Assembly: GCA_034927165.1 (NCBI GenBank) | Contig: JAYFQJ010000030.1 | Coordinates: forward strand, 1-59,443 | Direction of reading: 5' to 3' | Origin: Oscillospiraceae bacterium | GTDB lineage: Bacteria; Bacillota; Clostridia; Oscillospirales; Ruminococcaceae | Length of the DNA: 59,443 bases | Part shown: positions 57,019 to 59,443 of the stretch, piece after piece | Position numbering within the stretch: the stretch's first letter is position 1 | Layout: each line of letters opens with the position of its first letter | Translations under genes and position numbers: made by a program | Notes under the pieces: model-generated | The model's input: the letters and a program-made list of their open reading frames with translations, nothing else | Databases searched by the model: none | What the model was told of the DNA's origin: nothing

Positions 57019-58338
57019 TTGGCTAAAATATTTTTTATTTCGCTCGGCTGTGATAAGAACCGCATCGACGCCGAGATCATGCTCAAAAAGCTGTCCGACG
57101 CCGGCCACGCCCTCGTCGGCGCCGTCGACGGCGCCGACTGCGCCGTCGTCAACACCTGCGGCTTCATCGAGAGCGCCAAGCAGGAGGCAATAGAAGCCAT
57201 CTTCGATATGGTGCGCGAGAAGCAGGCGGGCCGGCTGCGGGCCGTCGTGGTGACGGGCTGCCTTGCTGAGCGCTACCGCGAGCAGGTGCTCGCGGAGATC
57301 CCGGAGCTCGACGCCGTCGCGGGGCTCGCGGGCAACGCGGATATCTGCGCGCTCGTGGAAGAGGCGCTCGCCGGTCAAAAGAAGGCCTGCTTCGGTGAAA
57401 AGTCAGCGCTGCCGCTCAACGGCGGGCGGCTGCTGTCGACGCCGCCGCATTATGCTTACCTGAAGATCGCGGAGGGCTGCTCCAATCACTGCACCTATTG
57501 CGCCATCCCCTCCATCCGCGGGCCGTTCCGCTCGCGCGCGCAGATGGATATCCTCGCGGAGGCCGCGTCGCTCGTGCGCGACGGCGTGCGCGAGCTCATC
57601 GTCATCGCGCAGGACACGACCTCCTATGGGAAGGACCTCCCGAACGGAGAGAGCCTCGCAGGGCTGCTGCGCGCGCTCGCACGGCTCGACGGCCTGTGGA
57701 AGCTGCGCGTCCTGTACGCGTATCCCGACCGCATCGATGACGCGCTCATGGAGGTGATGGGGCAGGAGCCGAGGATAGCGCATTATCTCGACCTCCCGCT
57801 GCAGCACGCGAGCGCGCCGGTGCTGCGGCGCATGGCGCGCTTCGGCGACCGGCCCTCGCTGCTCGCGCTGATCGAAAGGCTGCGGGCGGCCGTGCCGGAT
57901 ATCACGCTGCGCTCGACGTTCATCGTCGGCTTTCCCGGCGAGACGGATGCGCAGTTTGAGGAGCTCATTGACTTTCTGCGCGAAGCGCGGTTCGACCGCG
58001 CGGGCTGCTTTGAGTTTTCGCCCGAGGAGGGGACCCCGGCGGAGAAGCTGACGCCGCGCGTGGACGACGCGCTGAAGGCGTCGCGCGCCGAGCGGTTCAG
58101 GCTCGTGCAATCAGAGATCATGGCAGAAAAAAACAGGGAAAAGGTCGGCCGCACCGTGGAGGTCATCTGCGACGGGTTCGACGAGGAGAAGGGGATGTTC
58201 GCCTGCAGGGGACAGGCGGACGCGCCGGATATCGATTCTGTTGTCTGGCTGCCGCTCGCGTGCGACCTGATGGTCGGCGAGCTGTACCGGGTCAGGATCA
58301 CCGACGCGGATGAAATTGATTTATATGCCGAATTATAG
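57019..58338 (+). CDS. rimO: Ribosomal protein S12 methylthiotransferase
   Basis: KIFFISLGCDKNRIDAEIM N-terminus, radical-SAM CSNHCTYC, and a C-terminal TRAM domain. The TTG start at 57019 lies 8 nt after GGAG. Confidence 0.85.
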   Translation: MAKIFFISLGCDKNRIDAEIMLKKLSDAGHALVGAVDGADCAVVNTCGFIESAKQEAIEAIFDMVREKQAGRLRAVVVTGCLAERYREQVLAEIPELDAVAGLAGNADICALVEEALAGQKKACFGEKSALPLNGGRLLSTPPHYAYLKIAEGCSNHCTYCAIPSIRGPFRSRAQMDILAEAASLVRDGVRELIVIAQDTTSYGKDLPNGESLAGLLRALARLDGLWKLRVLYAYPDRIDDALMEVMGQEPRIAHYLDLPLQHASAPVLRRMARFGDRPSLLALIERLRAAVPDITLRSTFIVGFPGETDAQFEELIDFLREARFDRAGCFEFSPEEGTPAEKLTPRVDDALKASRAERFRLVQSEIMAEKNREKVGRTVEVICDGFDEEKGMFACRGQADAPDIDSVVWLPLACDLMVGELYRVRITDADEIDLYAEL

Positions 58339-58405
58339 CCCGCCGCTCTGTACATTTTGACGGGGGTGGCTTATAATAAAACCATCGATCATCAGGAGGG
58401 TACCT

Positions 58406-58972
58406 ATGAACCTGCCGAATAAGCTGACGGTGCTGCGCACGCTGCTCGTGCCGGTATTTCTGCTGTTTTTGCTTGTGCCGTCCATTCCGGGGAATTACCT
58501 GTGGGCGTTCATCGTCTTTGCGGCGGCGTCCTTTACGGATTTTCTCGACGGCCGCATCGCGCGCAAAAACAACATCGTTACGACCTTCGGAAAGTTTCTC
58601 GACCCGCTGGCGGACAAGGTGCTCGTGACCTGCGCGCTCGTCGCGTTCACGGCGCTCGGCTACTGTCCGCCCGTCGCGTGCATCATCATTATCTCGCGCG
58701 ATTACCTGGTCTCCGCCATCCGCCTTATCGCCGTGTCGGGCGAGGGCAAGGTGATCGCGGCGAATATCTGGGGCAAGATCAAGACCGCGCTGCAGATGCT
58801 CGTGCTGTGCGCCGCGATGCTTGCGCTGTATTTTGTAAGCCTCGGCTTACTGGACGCGGCGCTCGTCACAGTTGTATGCCGCGCGGCGATGTGGCTGCTC
58901 GCGGGTGTGACCGCGCTGTCCGGTATCGTTTATCTCAAGCAGAATCTGTATCTCATCAATACATTTGAATAA
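58406..58972 (+). CDS. pgsA: CDP-diacylglycerol--glycerol-3-phosphate 3-phosphatidyltransferase
   Basis: CDP-alcohol phosphatidyltransferase motif [10 protein letters not shown]...[10 protein letters not shown]. Confidence 0.9.
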   Translation: MNLPNKLTVLRTLLVPVFLLFLLVPSIPGNYLWAFIVFAAASFTDFLDGRIARKNNIVTTFGKFLDPLADKVLVTCALVAFTALGYCPPVACIIIISRDYLVSAIRLIAVSGEGKVIAANIWGKIKTALQMLVLCAAMLALYFVSLGLLDAALVTVVCRAAMWLLAGVTALSGIVYLKQNLYLINTFE

Positions 58973-58991
58973 TAAGCAAACAGGGGTAATT

Positions 58992-59443
58992 ATGCAGATA
59001 TACAACACGCTGTCCCGCAAAAAAGAGGAGCTTGTTCCGCTCGAGGGGAACACGGTGCGCATCTACGCGTGCGGGCCGACGGTCTACAATTTTATCCATA
59101 TCGGCAACGCGCGGCCGCTGTGCGTGTTCGACACGCTGCGGCGTTATCTCGAGTATGTCGGTTATGAGGTGAAGTATGTGCAGAATTTCACCGATGTCGA
59201 CGATAAGCTCATCAAGAAGGCGAACGAGGAGGGGATCACCGTCCCCGAGGTCGCCGCTCGCTATATAGAGGAATATTGGACGGACGCCGACGGCATGAAC
59301 GTGCGCCGTGCGACGGTGCACCCGCGCGCGACGGACAATATCGACGGCATTCTCGAAATCATAAAAACGTTGGTCGACAAGGGCTACGCCTATGCGACGG
59401 AAAACGGCGACGTTTATTTCCGCGCGCGCAAATTCGACGAGTA
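58992..59443 (+). CDS. cysS: Cysteine--tRNA ligase, 5' part (runs off the window)
   Basis: [16 protein letters not shown]...[18 protein letters not shown] carries the HIGH motif. Confidence 0.93.
   Translation, partial: MQIYNTLSRKKEELVPLEGNTVRIYACGPTVYNFIHIGNARPLCVFDTLRRYLEYVGYEVKYVQNFTDVDDKLIKKANEEGITVPEVAARYIEEYWTDADGMNVRRATVHPRATDNIDGILEIIKTLVDKGYAYATENGDVYFRARKFDE

Overview
GC-rich Firmicutes/Clostridia-type chromosomal segment; this placement rests on a CIRCE operator before groESL, a T-box leader before alaS, Cheo-type LexA boxes, and DegV and PTS genes. From left to right: (1) 1-4.0 kb is the lower-GC end of an integrated mobile element, with an RHH regulator, a truncated SLOG/DUF1273-like gene, a large serine recombinase and a decayed resolvase. 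It abuts tRNA-Leu(CAG). (2) 4.3-20 kb is a tightly packed, almost entirely minus-strand amino-sugar locus. It holds a Man-family PTS IIABCD, an embedded HPr, MurQ, two NagA-type deacetylases, two UPF0309-type SIS proteins, two Cof-type HAD phosphatases, a ceramidase-like protein, a Gfo/Idh/MocA oxidoreductase, CutC and two alcohol dehydrogenases. No regulator gene is present in the window. (3) 20.1-23.1 kb is a two-gene module: a PPC/DUF296 protein translationally coupled to an EF-G/TetM-like GTPase fused to a Rae1/YacP-type NYN ribonuclease. I consider this the most unusual item in the window. (4) 23.5-25.6 kb is a radical-SAM plus DUF4130 putative DNA-repair pair behind a promoter with a LexA box nearly identical to the one before recA in the same window. 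(5) 26.8-30.9 kb is an operon joining a DUF62 SAM hydrolase-family gene to a dedicated ECF transporter (S, fused A-A, T). (6) The remainder is housekeeping: groESL, a PBP2-type transpeptidase, alaS, HIT, PRT, comEC, holA, a Toprim protein, an MFS transporter, a two-component system, DUF1385-prmC, recA-recX, rimO, pgsA and a partial cysS. Several otherwise well-conserved genes carry single lesions: an in-frame TAA in the ECF ATPase, an in-frame TAG in the PBP, and a 1-nt frameshift in a zinc-type dehydrogenase. All calls come from reading the sequence and ORF translations by eye; no database search was run.
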